Source: Escherichia coli
Lineage (GTDB): Bacteria; Pseudomonadota; Gammaproteobacteria; Enterobacterales; Enterobacteriaceae
Reading direction: 5' to 3' (one strand)
DNA length: 64,000 bases
Assembly (NCBI RefSeq): GCF_030384885.1
Contig: NZ_CP128613.1
Within the stretch, counting starts at the first letter, position 1. Each line of letters starts with the position of its first letter. A program made the translations under genes and the position numbers. Positions 42,861 through 54,047 of the stretch are shown one piece after another. The notes below the pieces were generated by a model. That model saw only the letters and a program-made list of their open reading frames with translations, was not told the DNA's origin and ran no database searches.

Positions 42861-44249
42861 ATGGCACTGCAAAATGAGAAAAATAGTCGTTATCTTTTGC
42901 GCGACTGGAAACCAGAAAACCCGGCCTTCTGGGAAAATAAAGGAAAGCATATTGCACGAAGAAACCTCTGGATATCAGTCAGTTGTCTACTTCTTGCCTT
43001 CTGTGTCTGGATGCTATTTAGCGCAGTTACTGTTAATCTCAATAAAATCGGTTTTAATTTCACTACCGATCAACTCTTTTTATTAACCGCATTACCCTCC
43101 GTTTCTGGCGCATTATTGCGTGTCCCCTACTCCTTTATGGTGCCTATATTTGGTGGACGCCGATGGACGGTTTTTAGTACTGCAATCCTGATTATTCCTT
43201 GCGTCTGGCTCGGAATTGCCGTGCAGAATACGAATACTCCTTTTGGGATATTTATCGTTATCGCTTTGCTATGCGGTTTTGCAGGTGCGAACTTTGCTTC
43301 GAGCATGGGCAATATCAGTTTCTTCTTCCCAAAAGCCAAACAAGGGAGCGCACTTGGGATTAATGGCGGATTAGGAAACTTAGGTGTAAGTGTGATGCAG
43401 CTGGTTGCGCCGCTGGTGATTTTTATCCCCGTATTTGCCTTTCTCGGCGTCAATGGCGTACCACAGGCCGACGGTTCGGTAATGTCGCTGGCGAATGCCG
43501 CATGGATTTGGGTGCCATTACTGGCGATTGCCACTATTGCCGCCTGGTTAGGGATGAATGATATCGCCAGTTCACGCGCGTCAATAGCCGATCAATTGCC
43601 TGTATTACAACGTCTGCATCTCTGGCTGCTCAGTCTTCTCTATCTCGCCACCTTCGGTTCGTTTATCGGTTTTTCTGCGGGTTTTGCCATGCTGGCGAAA
43701 ACCCAGTTCCCGGATGTGAATATTCTGCGTCTGGCGTTCTTTGGCCCATTTATCGGTGCCATCGCGCGGTCGGTTGGTGGTGCTATTTCCGATAAATTTG
43801 GCGGCGTGCGGGTGACGTTGATCAACTTCATTTTTATGGCGATTTTCAGCGCCCTGCTGTTCCTTACCTTACCGGGCACAGGCTCTGGTAATTTCATCGC
43901 ATTTTACGCCGTCTTTATGGGGCTGTTTCTGACCGCGGGTCTGGGAAGTGGTTCTACTTTCCAGATGATCGCCGTCATCTTTCGCCAGATAACGATTTAT
44001 CGCGTCAAGATGAAAGGCGGCAGCGATGAACAGGCTCAGCGGGAAGCGGTCACCGAAACGGCGGCAGCATTGGGCTTTATCTCAGCGATTGGCGCAGTTG
44101 GCGGCTTTTTTATTCCGCAGGCGTTTGGCATGTCGCTCAATATGACCGGCTCGCCGGTAGGTGCGATGAAAGTGTTTTTGATCTTCTACATCGTTTGTGT
44201 GCTGCTGACCTGGCTGGTTTATGGTCGGCGGAAGTTCAGCCAAAAATAA
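42861..44249 (+). CDS. narU: Nitrate/nitrite transporter, MFS (462 aa)
   Basis: Begins MALQNEKNSRYLLRDW; 12-transmembrane NarK family; ORF-track start 42819 is over-extended. Confidence 0.9.
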   Translation: MALQNEKNSRYLLRDWKPENPAFWENKGKHIARRNLWISVSCLLLAFCVWMLFSAVTVNLNKIGFNFTTDQLFLLTALPSVSGALLRVPYSFMVPIFGGRRWTVFSTAILIIPCVWLGIAVQNTNTPFGIFIVIALLCGFAGANFASSMGNISFFFPKAKQGSALGINGGLGNLGVSVMQLVAPLVIFIPVFAFLGVNGVPQADGSVMSLANAAWIWVPLLAIATIAAWLGMNDIASSRASIADQLPVLQRLHLWLLSLLYLATFGSFIGFSAGFAMLAKTQFPDVNILRLAFFGPFIGAIARSVGGAISDKFGGVRVTLINFIFMAIFSALLFLTLPGTGSGNFIAFYAVFMGLFLTAGLGSGSTFQMIAVIFRQITIYRVKMKGGSDEQAQREAVTETAAALGFISAIGAVGGFFIPQAFGMSLNMTGSPVGAMKVFLIFYIVCVLLTWLVYGRRKFSQK

Positions 44250-44344
44250 GAGATTGATGCCTGACGCGTCTTATCAGTCTTACAACCGTGTCGCATCCGA
44301 TAAGGCATCAGATCCCAAATCATTCCTGGAGCAGGAGTTATGTT

Positions 44345-47300
44345 ATGAGTAAACTTTTGGACCGCTTTCGCTACTTCAAACAAAAGGGCGAAACATTTGC
44401 CGATGGTCACGGCCAGGTGATGCATAGCAACCGCGACTGGGAGGACAGCTATCGCCAGCGTTGGCAGTTCGACAAAATCGTGCGTTCCACTCACGGCGTT
44501 AACTGTACAGGCTCCTGTAGCTGGAAAATCTACGTTAAAAATGGCCTGGTGACCTGGGAAATCCAACAGACCGACTACCCGCGCACTCGCCCTGACCTGC
44601 CCAATCATGAACCTCGCGGCTGCCCGCGTGGCGCAAGTTACTCCTGGTATCTTTACAGCGCTAACCGCCTGAAATACCCGCTCATTCGTAAACGACTGAT
44701 TGAACTGTGGCGCGAAGCCCTCAAGAAACACAGCGATCCGGTACTGGCGTGGGCATCGATTATGAACGATCCGCAAAAGTGCCTGAGCTACAAACAAGTG
44801 CGTGGGCGTGGCGGCTTTATCCGCTCCAACTGGCAGGAGCTAAACCAGTTGATTGCCGCCGCTAACGTCTGGACCATCAAAACTTACGGTCCTGATCGCG
44901 TTGCCGGTTTCTCGCCGATTCCGGCGATGTCGATGGTTTCTTACGCCGCCGGAACACGCTATCTGTCGCTGTTAGGTGGCACCTGTTTAAGTTTCTATGA
45001 CTGGTATTGCGACCTGCCGCCTGCCTCGCCGATGACCTGGGGCGAGCAAACCGACGTGCCAGAATCTGCCGACTGGTATAACTCCAGCTATATCATCGCC
45101 TGGGGTTCTAACGTACCGCAAACGCGCACACCAGACGCCCACTTCTTTACCGAAGTACGTTACAAAGGTACCAAAACTATCGCCATTACCCCGGACTACT
45201 CTGAAGTAGCCAAATTGTGCGACCAGTGGCTGGCACCGAAACAAGGCACTGATAGCGCCCTGGCGATGGCAATGGGCCATGTGATTTTAAAAGAGTTCCA
45301 TCTCGATAATTCCAGCGACTATTTTATCAACTACTGCCGCCGCTACAGCGACATGCCGATGCTGGTAATGCTGGAACCTCGCGACGATGGTAGCTACGTT
45401 CCCGGGCGCATGATCCGCGCGTCTGACCTGGTAGATGGGCTGGGCGAAAGCAACAATCCGCAGTGGAAAACCGTAGCAGTTAATACAGCAGGTGAACTGG
45501 TGGTGCCGAACGGTTCGATTGGTTTTCGCTGGGGAGAAAAAGGCAAATGGAATCTGGAATCCATTGCCGCCGGTACGGAAACCGAATTGTCGTTAACTCT
45601 GCTCGGTCAACATGATGCCGTTGCAGGCGTGGCCTTCCCCTACTTTGGCGGCATTGAAAATCCGCATTTTCGCAGCGTAAAACACAATCCGGTCCTGGTG
45701 CGCCAATTGCCCGTTAAAAACCTGACATTAGCCGATGGCAACACCTGTCCGGTCGTCAGCGTTTATGATCTGGTACTGGCAAATTACGGCCTCGATCGCG
45801 GGCTGGAAGATGAAAACAGCGCGAAAGATTACGCTGAAATCAAACCTTACACCCCAGCCTGGGGCGAGCAAATTACCGGCGTACCGCGCCAGTACATTGA
45901 AACCATCGCCCGCGAATTTGCCGATACCGCCCATAAAACGCATGGGCGCTCGATGATTATCCTCGGTGCTGGCGTCAACCATTGGTATCACATGGACATG
46001 AACTACCGTGGGATGATCAACATGCTGATCTTCTGCGGTTGTGTCGGGCAAAGCGGTGGCGGCTGGGCACACTATGTCGGTCAGGAAAAACTGCGCCCGC
46101 AAACCGGCTGGCTGCCTCTGGCCTTTGCACTCGACTGGAACCGACCACCGCGCCAGATGAACAGCACCTCGTTTTTCTACAATCACTCCAGTCAATGGCG
46201 CTATGAAAAAGTCTCTGCTCAGGAGTTACTTTCACCGCTCGCCGATGCCAGTAAGTACAGCGGTCATCTGATTGATTTCAACGTTCGCGCCGAACGTATG
46301 GGCTGGCTACCTTCTGCGCCGCAACTGGGGCGTAACCCGCTCGGGATTAAAGCTGAAGCCGACAAGGCCGGATTATCCCCCACAGAATTAACCGCCCAGG
46401 CGCTGAAATCGGGCGATTTACGCATGGCCTGCGAACAACCCGATAGCGGCAGCAATCATCCGCGTAATTTGTTTGTCTGGCGCTCTAACCTGCTTGGCTC
46501 CTCCGGCAAAGGCCACGAATATATGCAGAAGTATCTGCTGGGAACCGAAAGTGGGATTCAGGGTGAGGAACTCGGTGCCAGCGACGGGATCAAACCAGAA
46601 GAAGTCGAGTGGCAAACTGCGGCGATTGAAGGCAAGCTCGACCTGCTGGTGACGCTCGACTTCCGTATGTCCAGTACCTGCCTGTTCTCCGATATCGTTC
46701 TGCCCACCGCCACCTGGTACGAAAAAGACGATATGAATACCTCAGATATGCATCCGTTTATTCATCCACTTTCTGCGGCGGTCGATCCGGCGTGGGAATC
46801 ACGCAGCGACTGGGAAATCTACAAAGGTATTGCCAAAGCATTTTCGCAAGTGTGCGTAGGGCATCTTGGCAAAGAAACCGACGTGGTATTACAACCCCTA
46901 CTGCATGACTCTCCGGCAGAACTCTCCCAGCCGTGTGAAGTGCTCGACTGGCGCAAAGGCGAATGCGATCTGATCCCGGGTAAAACCGCGCCCAATATTG
47001 TAGCGGTGGAACGCGACTACCCTGCTACCTATGATCGCTTTACCTCGCTCGGGCCATTGATGGACAAACTTGGCAACGGCGGTAAAGGGATTTCGTGGAA
47101 TACCCAGGATGAAATCGATTTCCTCGGCAAACTCAATTACACCAAGCGTGATGGCCCGGCACAGGGGCGACCGCTGATTGACACCGCCATTGATGCATCA
47201 GAAGTGATACTGGCGCTGGCACCGGAAACCAACGGTCATGTTGCAGTCAAAGCGTGGCAGGCGCTGGGCGAGATCACCGGACGCGAACATACCCATCTGG

Positions 47301-48085
47301 CGCTGCACAAAGAGGACGAAAAGATCCGCTTTCGCGATATTCAGGCGCAGCCGCGTAAAATTATCTCCAGCCCCACATGGTCCGGTCTGGAAAGCGATCA
47401 CGTCTCCTACAACGCCGGATACACCAACGTTCATGAGTTAATTCCGTGGCGCACGCTGTCGGGGCGCCAGCAGGTCTATCAGGATCATCCGTGGATGCGT
47501 GCCTTTGGTGAAAGCCTGGTGGCTTATCGTCCGCCTATCGACACGCGCAGCGTCAGCGAAATGCGCCAGATACCACCAAACGGCTTCCCGGAAAGAGCAC
47601 TTAACTTCCTGACGCCGCATCAGAAATGGGGCATTCACTCAACCTACAGTGAAAACCTGCTAATGCTGACGCTCTCTCGCGGTGGACCGATTGTCTGGAT
47701 CAGCGAAACCGATGCCCGTGAATTGACCATTGTCGATAACGACTGGGTGGAAGTGTTTAACGCCAACGGCGCGCTGACTGCCCGCGCGGTGGTCAGCCAA
47801 CGTGTACCGCCGGGTATGACCATGATGTATCACGCTCAGGAACGCATTATGAATATTCCTGGTTCGGAAGTAACCGGCATGCGCGGCGGCATTCATAACT
47901 CGGTCACCCGCGTTTGTCCGAAACCAACGCATATGATTGGCGGTTACGCGCAGCTGGCCTGGGGCTTTAACTACTACGGCACCGTCGGCTCGAACCGCGA
48001 CGAATTCATCATGATCCGCAAGATGAAGAACGTTAACTGGTTGGATGATGAAGGTCGCGATCAGGTACAGGAGGCGAAAAAATGA
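44345..48085 (+). CDS. narZ: Respiratory nitrate reductase 2 alpha subunit (1246 aa)
   Basis: Begins MSKLLDRFRYFKQKGETF; molybdopterin oxidoreductase; ORF-track start 44288 is over-extended. Confidence 0.92.
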   Translation: MSKLLDRFRYFKQKGETFADGHGQVMHSNRDWEDSYRQRWQFDKIVRSTHGVNCTGSCSWKIYVKNGLVTWEIQQTDYPRTRPDLPNHEPRGCPRGASYSWYLYSANRLKYPLIRKRLIELWREALKKHSDPVLAWASIMNDPQKCLSYKQVRGRGGFIRSNWQELNQLIAAANVWTIKTYGPDRVAGFSPIPAMSMVSYAAGTRYLSLLGGTCLSFYDWYCDLPPASPMTWGEQTDVPESADWYNSSYIIAWGSNVPQTRTPDAHFFTEVRYKGTKTIAITPDYSEVAKLCDQWLAPKQGTDSALAMAMGHVILKEFHLDNSSDYFINYCRRYSDMPMLVMLEPRDDGSYVPGRMIRASDLVDGLGESNNPQWKTVAVNTAGELVVPNGSIGFRWGEKGKWNLESIAAGTETELSLTLLGQHDAVAGVAFPYFGGIENPHFRSVKHNPVLVRQLPVKNLTLADGNTCPVVSVYDLVLANYGLDRGLEDENSAKDYAEIKPYTPAWGEQITGVPRQYIETIAREFADTAHKTHGRSMIILGAGVNHWYHMDMNYRGMINMLIFCGCVGQSGGGWAHYVGQEKLRPQTGWLPLAFALDWNRPPRQMNSTSFFYNHSSQWRYEKVSAQELLSPLADASKYSGHLIDFNVRAERMGWLPSAPQLGRNPLGIKAEADKAGLSPTELTAQALKSGDLRMACEQPDSGSNHPRNLFVWRSNLLGSSGKGHEYMQKYLLGTESGIQGEELGASDGIKPEEVEWQTAAIEGKLDLLVTLDFRMSSTCLFSDIVLPTATWYEKDDMNTSDMHPFIHPLSAAVDPAWESRSDWEIYKGIAKAFSQVCVGHLGKETDVVLQPLLHDSPAELSQPCEVLDWRKGECDLIPGKTAPNIVAVERDYPATYDRFTSLGPLMDKLGNGGKGISWNTQDEIDFLGKLNYTKRDGPAQGRPLIDTAIDASEVILALAPETNGHVAVKAWQALGEITGREHTHLALHKEDEKIRFRDIQAQPRKIISSPTWSGLESDHVSYNAGYTNVHELIPWRTLSGRQQVYQDHPWMRAFGESLVAYRPPIDTRSVSEMRQIPPNGFPERALNFLTPHQKWGIHSTYSENLLMLTLSRGGPIVWISETDARELTIVDNDWVEVFNANGALTARAVVSQRVPPGMTMMYHAQERIMNIPGSEVTGMRGGIHNSVTRVCPKPTHMIGGYAQLAWGFNYYGTVGSNRDEFIMIRKMKNVNWLDDEGRDQVQEAKK

Positions 48086-49626
48086 AAATACGTTCGCAAG
48101 TCGGCATGGTGCTTAACCTCGATAAATGTATCGGCTGCCATACCTGTTCGGTGACCTGTAAAAACGTCTGGACCGGACGCGAAGGCATGGAGTACGCATG
48201 GTTTAACAACGTCGAAACCAAACCGGGCATTGGTTATCCGAAAAACTGGGAAGATCAGGAAGAGTGGCAAGGCGGCTGGGTGCGTGATGTGAATGGCAAG
48301 ATACGCCCGCGTCTGGGCAGCAAGATGGGGGTGATTACCAAAATCTTCGCCAACCCGGTGGTGCCGCAGATTGACGATTACTACGAACCTTTCACCTTCG
48401 ACTACGAACATTTGCATAGCGCGCCAGAAGGTAAACACATTCCTACTGCCCGCCCACGTTCGCTGATTGACGGCAAACGGATGGACAAAGTGATCTGGGG
48501 GCCAAACTGGGAAGAATTGTTGGGCGGCGAATTCGAAAAACGCGCCCGTGACCGCAACTTCGAGGCCATGCAAAAGGAGATGTACGGGCAGTTTGAAAAC
48601 ACCTTCATGATGTACCTGCCGCGCCTGTGCGAACACTGCCTCAATCCCAGTTGCGTGGCGACCTGCCCAAGCGGCGCTATCTACAAACGCGAAGAAGACG
48701 GCATTGTGCTGATCGATCAGGATAAATGCCGTGGCTGGCGTTTGTGCATTAGCGGTTGTCCGTACAAAAAAATCTACTTCAACTGGAAAAGCGGCAAGTC
48801 AGAAAAATGCATCTTCTGTTACCCACGAATTGAGTCAGGCCAACCCACCGTGTGCTCAGAAACCTGCGTGGGTCGCATCCGGTATCTGGGCGTGCTGCTT
48901 TACGACGCCGACAGCATCGAGGAAGCGGCGAGCACCGAGCGCGAAGTTGACCTCTATGAACGCCAGTGCGAAGTGTTCCTCGATCCGCACGATCCCTCAG
49001 TGATCGAAGAAGCCCTGAAACAAGGTATTCCACAAAACGTGATTGAAGCTGCCCAGCGTTCGCCAGTCTACAAAATGGCGATGGACTGGAAACTGGCGCT
49101 ACCGCTGCACCCTGAATATCGCACCCTGCCGATGGTCTGGTACGTACCGCCGCTGTCACCAATTCAGTCTTACGCCGATGCGGGCGGCCTGCCAAAAAGC
49201 GAAGGTGTGCTTCCCGCTATCGAAAGCCTACGTATACCGGTGCAATATCTCGCCAATATGTTGAGTGCGGGCGATACCGGTCCGGTGCTGCGGGCACTAA
49301 AACGGATGATGGCGATGCGCCACTATATGCGTTCACAAACCGTGGAAGGCGTTACCGATACCCGCGCCATTGACGAAGTAGGCCTGAGCGTCGCCCAGGT
49401 CGAAGAGATGTATCGCTACCTTGCCATCGCCAACTATGAAGATCGTTTTGTCATTCCAACCAGTCATCGGGAAATGGCGGGCGATGCCTTCGCAGAACGC
49501 AACGGCTGCGGCTTCAGCTTTGGCGACGGTTGCCACGGCTCGGACAGCAAATTCAACCTGTTCAACAGTAGCCGTATCGATGCCATCAACATCACCGAAG
49601 TGCGCGACAAAGCGGAGGGCGAATAA
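48082..49626 (+). CDS. narY: Nitrate reductase 2 beta subunit, Fe-S (514 aa)
   Basis: Cys-cluster ferredoxin motifs; ATGA overlap with narZ. Confidence 0.92.
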   Translation: MKIRSQVGMVLNLDKCIGCHTCSVTCKNVWTGREGMEYAWFNNVETKPGIGYPKNWEDQEEWQGGWVRDVNGKIRPRLGSKMGVITKIFANPVVPQIDDYYEPFTFDYEHLHSAPEGKHIPTARPRSLIDGKRMDKVIWGPNWEELLGGEFEKRARDRNFEAMQKEMYGQFENTFMMYLPRLCEHCLNPSCVATCPSGAIYKREEDGIVLIDQDKCRGWRLCISGCPYKKIYFNWKSGKSEKCIFCYPRIESGQPTVCSETCVGRIRYLGVLLYDADSIEEAASTEREVDLYERQCEVFLDPHDPSVIEEALKQGIPQNVIEAAQRSPVYKMAMDWKLALPLHPEYRTLPMVWYVPPLSPIQSYADAGGLPKSEGVLPAIESLRIPVQYLANMLSAGDTGPVLRALKRMMAMRHYMRSQTVEGVTDTRAIDEVGLSVAQVEEMYRYLAIANYEDRFVIPTSHREMAGDAFAERNGCGFSFGDGCHGSDSKFNLFNSSRIDAINITEVRDKAEGE

Positions 49627-50321
49627 TGCAGATCCTCAAAGTGATCGGCCTGTTGATGGAGTATCCGGACGAGCTGTTGTGGGAATGTAAGGAGGACGCG
49701 CTGGCGTTGATCCGCCGCGACGCGTCGATGCTCACCGATTTTGCACTCGACCTGCTCAACGCGCCGCTGCTGGATAAACAGGCCGAATGGTGTGAAGTGT
49801 TCGACCGCGGGCGCACCACGTCGCTGCTGCTGTTCGAACATGTTCATGCCGAATCCCGCGATCGAGGCCAGGCAATGGTGGACCTGCTGGCGGAGTATGA
49901 AAAGGTCGGTCTGCAACTGGATTGTCGGGAACTGCCTGATTATCTGCCGCTGTACCTGGAGTACTTAAGTGTGCTGCCGGACGATCAGGCAAAAGAAGGA
50001 TTACTCAACGTTGCGCCGATCCTCGCCCTGCTTGGCGGACGCTTAAAACAACGCGAGACACCGTGGTACGCGTTATTTGACGCCCTTTTGCAACTGGCAG
50101 GAAGTCCCCTGTCAAGTGACAGTGTCACAAAACAAATTCGTAGTGAAGAGCGTGACGACACCCGCCAGGCGCTGGATGCGGTGTGGGAAGAAGAACAGGT
50201 GAAGTTTATTGAAGATAACGCCACGGCGTGTGACAGCTCGCCGCTTAATCAATATCAGCGACGCTTTAGCCAGGATGTCGCGCCGCAGTACGTCGACATC
50301 AGTGCGGGAGGTGGGAAATGA
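49626..50321 (+). CDS. narW: Nitrate reductase 2 assembly chaperone (231 aa)
   Basis: NarJ-like; TAATG overlap with narY. Confidence 0.9.
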
Positions 50322-50998
50322 TTCAGTATCTGAACGTCTTTTTTTACGATATCTACCCGTACATTTGTGCGACCGTGTTTTTCCTTGGCAGCTGGCTGCG
50401 CTATGACTACGGGCAGTACACCTGGCGCGCCTCCTCGAGCCAGATGCTCGATAAACGCGGGATGGTGATATGGTCGAATCTGTTCCATATCGGCATTCTG
50501 GGGATCTTCTTCGGTCATCTGTTCGGCATGTTAACACCGCACTGGATGTACGCGTGGTTTTTACCAGTGGCAGCGAAACAACTGATGGCAATGGTGCTCG
50601 GCGGTATTTGCGGCGTGTTGACGTTGATTGGCGGTGCAGGACTGCTGTGGCGCAGGCTGACAAATCAGCGTGTGCGTGCTACTTCCACCACGCCGGATAT
50701 CATCATCATGAGCATATTGCTGATCCAATGTTTGTTGGGGCTAAGTACCATACCGTTTTCAGCACAGTATCCTGATGGTAGCGAAATGATGAAGCTGGTG
50801 GGTTGGGCGCAAAGCATTGTCACTTTCCGTGGAGGATCGTCAGAAATGCTTAACGGCGTAGCGTTCGTCTTCCGCCTGCATCTGGTATTGGGAATGACCA
50901 TCTTCCTGCTCTTTCCGTTCACCCGACTGGTGCATGTGTGGAGCGCGCCTTTTGAGTACTTTACTCGTCGGTACCAGATTGTGCGCTCGCGGCGATAA
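50318..50998 (+). CDS. narV: Nitrate reductase 2 gamma subunit, cytochrome b (226 aa)
   Basis: Five transmembrane helices; ATGA overlap with narW. Confidence 0.9.
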
Positions 50999-51077
50999 TT
51001 CTCCCCCTGGCCGGATAGTCCTTCGCTCTCCGGCCACTTGCAGGCTATGATAGTTCTCCAGCCACAGGAGAACGTTA

Positions 51078-51971
51078 ATGAAACCGCAGGTTTATCACGT
51101 CGATGCTTTTACCTCACAACCGTTTCGCGGCAATTCTGCCGGTGTTGTTTTCCCCGCCGATAATCTCAGTGAAGCGCAAATGCAGCTTATTGCCCGGGAG
51201 CTAGGCCATTCGGAAACTGCTTTTCTGCTGCACAGCGACGACAGCGATGTGCGCATCCGCTACTTTACGCCAACGGTTGAAGTACCGATTTGTGGTCACG
51301 CGACAGTAGCTGCGCACTATGTACGTGCAAAGGTGTTAGGTTTAGGAAATTGCACGGTCTGGCAAACGTCACTGGCAGGAAAACATCGCGTGACTATCGA
51401 AAAGCACAACGATGATTATCGTATTTCGCTGGAACAAGGTACGCCGGGCTTTGAGCCACCGCTGGAAGGTGAAACACGTGCGGCGATTATCAACGCGCTT
51501 CATCTCACTGAGGACGATATTCTGCCAGGCTTGCCAATTCAGGTGGCAACCACAGGACACTCAAAAGTGATGATCCCACTGAAATCTGAAGTGGATATCG
51601 ACGCCCTTTCGCCTGACCTTGCTGCGCTGACCGCAATCAGCAAGCAGAATGGCTGCAATGGTTTCTTCCCTTTCCAGATCCGCCCTGGCAAAAATGAAAC
51701 TGATGGTCGCATGTTCTCACCTGCGATTGGTATTGTGGAAGATCCGGTGACCGGGAATGCCAATGGACCGATGGGCGCATGGTTAGTACATCACAACTTA
51801 CTACCCCACGATGGCAGCGTGTTGCGTGTTAAAGGCCATCAGGGGCGCGCACTGGGGCGTGACGGCGTGATTGATGTGACGGTGACAATTCGAGATAACC
51901 AACCGGAGAAAGTCACCATTTCTGGCACAGCGGTGATTCTTTTCCATGCTGAATGGGCCATTGATTTTTGA
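51078..51971 (+). CDS. yddE: PhzF-family isomerase-like protein (297 aa)
   Basis: Matches remembered YddE; AGGAGA ribosome-binding site. Confidence 0.85.
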   Translation: MKPQVYHVDAFTSQPFRGNSAGVVFPADNLSEAQMQLIARELGHSETAFLLHSDDSDVRIRYFTPTVEVPICGHATVAAHYVRAKVLGLGNCTVWQTSLAGKHRVTIEKHNDDYRISLEQGTPGFEPPLEGETRAAIINALHLTEDDILPGLPIQVATTGHSKVMIPLKSEVDIDALSPDLAALTAISKQNGCNGFFPFQIRPGKNETDGRMFSPAIGIVEDPVTGNANGPMGAWLVHHNLLPHDGSVLRVKGHQGRALGRDGVIDVTVTIRDNQPEKVTISGTAVILFHAEWAIDF

Positions 51972-51978
51972 TACCGTT

Positions 51979-52058
51979 GCCTGATGCGCTTCGCTTATCA
52001 GGCCTACAACCGGGCTAATGTGGGCCGGTTGTAGGCGTTTACGCCGCATCCGGCCCCT
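51979..52058. repeat. REP/BIME-type extragenic palindromes between yddE and nhoA
   Basis: GCCTGATGCG...CTTATCAGGCCTACAA and ...GCCGCATCCGGC units typical of enterobacterial REP elements, with a nested palindrome CCTACAACCGGG/CCGGTTGTAGG. Confidence 0.7.
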
Positions 52059-52066
52059 GGCACAAA

Positions 52067-52912
52067 CTATTTCCCCGCCTCCGGATGCGTATCAAACGCC
52101 GCCATCACCAACGCCAGTTCATCCACAGTAAAGCCATGCTTTGCGTCATCTACGCCCAGACCAAACTGCTCCTGCATCACGGCATATAACGACGCCACAT
52201 CCGGTAGATTTCGCTGCTCCACTGCATGTCCATTTTCATAATGGGTGAAATGAAAATTGGTCAGTGTCAGTTTGCCACCGTCCGGCAAATGGCGGCACAT
52301 CAGCAAATGATGGCGAAAATGCGATTGCGGCCAGTGCGCCGACCAGAAATTCCCCATCACATAATCACTTTGTTGTTGTTCACAGAGATCAAAACGGTAC
52401 ATCGACTGCCAGTGCTGATGATGATTAAACTGCAACACCCAATCATCACCCTCCTGTAACAACCGATACTCTCCGTGTGGCGTGATCTGCACGAGATCGG
52501 GAACTAAACGAATCGGCGCGGTTAGCGTCTGTCCACCGAAACCGACATCAGCAATCCATTTTTCCCCTTCCAGTTCCACCAACAACAAACGATGGGTGCG
52601 CGGCGGTAATGCTGGCGGATTTGATAACACTACGCGCCCTAACAAGCTGCGAACGTTAAACCCCAGCTCGCGTAACACCCGCTCAAACACGCCATTCTGC
52701 TCAAAACAGTAACCGCCACGATGGGCTGTCACCAGTTTCTCTTCCAGCGATTGATCATCAAGCTGTATTTCCCTCGGCAGCAAAACGTCGAGGTTTTCAA
52801 ACGGAATGGTGCAATTGTGTTTCAGGTGTAATGCACGAAGCGTATCGATATTGACCGCAGCAGCTCCCGACCAGTTAATGCGGGCAAAATAATGATTCAG
52901 AATGGGCGTCAT
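52067..52912 (-). CDS. nhoA: Arylamine N-acetyltransferase (281 aa)
   Basis: Matches remembered NhoA; catalytic Cys in GGYCFEQN. Confidence 0.9.
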   Translation of the reverse strand: MTPILNHYFARINWSGAAAVNIDTLRALHLKHNCTIPFENLDVLLPREIQLDDQSLEEKLVTAHRGGYCFEQNGVFERVLRELGFNVRSLLGRVVLSNPPALPPRTHRLLLVELEGEKWIADVGFGGQTLTAPIRLVPDLVQITPHGEYRLLQEGDDWVLQFNHHQHWQSMYRFDLCEQQQSDYVMGNFWSAHWPQSHFRHHLLMCRHLPDGGKLTLTNFHFTHYENGHAVEQRNLPDVASLYAVMQEQFGLGVDDAKHGFTVDELALVMAAFDTHPEAGK

Positions 52913-53086
52913 CAGGCGTTTCCGTTTGTGGTTTTCTCAATTTATAACCTGGAATAGACGCCGCACCGGCTATTTTGTGCGATCGCGGACATGCATCACG
53001 TTCGCAAATCGCCAATCCCGTTAATTTCGTTACTTATTGCGTTACGAGCTACGCTTTTAAAACACCCTTCTTAGCGAGGCGATACC

Positions 53087-53656
53087 GTGAGCCGATTCAT
53101 CCCTGTCGAATTACACCATGCCAGCCGTCTGTTAAATCATGGCCCCACAGTTTTGATAACCAGTTTCGATGATAAATCTCAGCGACGTAATGTGATGGCT
53201 GCGGCCTGGTCGATGCCGGTAGAGTTTGAACCGCCACGTGTGGCGATAGTGGTAGATAAATCGACATGGACCAGGGAGTTGATTGAGCGTAACGGTAAAT
53301 TTGGCATCGTTATCCCGGGCGTTGCGGCGACTAACTGGACGTGGGCGGTGGGAAGTGTGTCGGGTCGTGAAGAAGATAAATTTAATTGCTATGGCATTCC
53401 GGTTGTGAAAGGTCCGGTGCTTGGATTGCCGCTGATTGAAGAAAAATGTCTGGCATGGATGGAGTGTCGATTGCTACCAGCGACTTCTGCGCAAGAAAAA
53501 TACGATACGCTATTTGGCGAAGTGGTATCGGCAGCGGCAGACGCACGAGTATTTGTCGAAGGCCGCTGGCAGTTTGATGATGACAAACTCAATACACTAC
53601 ATCATTTAGGTGCTGGCACGTTTGTTACCAGCGGCAAGCGAGTCACCGCGGGCTAA
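53087..53656 (+). CDS. yddH: Flavin-reductase-like protein (189 aa), GTG start
   Basis: Matches remembered YddH. Confidence 0.85.
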   Translation: MSRFIPVELHHASRLLNHGPTVLITSFDDKSQRRNVMAAAWSMPVEFEPPRVAIVVDKSTWTRELIERNGKFGIVIPGVAATNWTWAVGSVSGREEDKFNCYGIPVVKGPVLGLPLIEEKCLAWMECRLLPATSAQEKYDTLFGEVVSAAADARVFVEGRWQFDDDKLNTLHHLGAGTFVTSGKRVTAG

Positions 53657-54047
53657 AGAATCATATGCAGCAACCAAGTTGCTTAAGCAATTTTCCATAT
53701 GAGTTAAAAACATATTTTATCTCACGATTGCATATTTTTAGTGAAGATTAATTTATCCTCACCAACATCATAGTAATTGCGTATTATCGCCTCATTGATA
53801 AAGCCCTGTTTTGTATAAAATGCGCGGGCGGCACTAAAATCGACATGGCTGGAGGTCTCTACTAAAAGTAGTCTTGCGTGATTGGGACAAGTCAAGAAAA
53901 AGCAGTTTTGCAGTTTTTTATTTCAGGGCACAGTTGCGAAAATTGAATACCGTATGGACTAATGTGAGAAAATTCCGAGGTATGACTGTTTTGATATAGT
54001 GGACAATCAAGCGTCTCGAATTAACAATGAATTTCAGGTGCCAAGCC

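Noticed and set aside
44219-44797. 192-aa minus-strand ORF
   Set aside because: Antisense, overlapping the narZ 5' end; narZ identity is unambiguous
48061-48636. 191-aa minus-strand ORF
   Set aside because: Antisense to narY
51003-51040. Terminator after narV
   Set aside because: A GGCCGGA...TCCGGCC palindrome is present but is not followed by a T-tract; left uncalled
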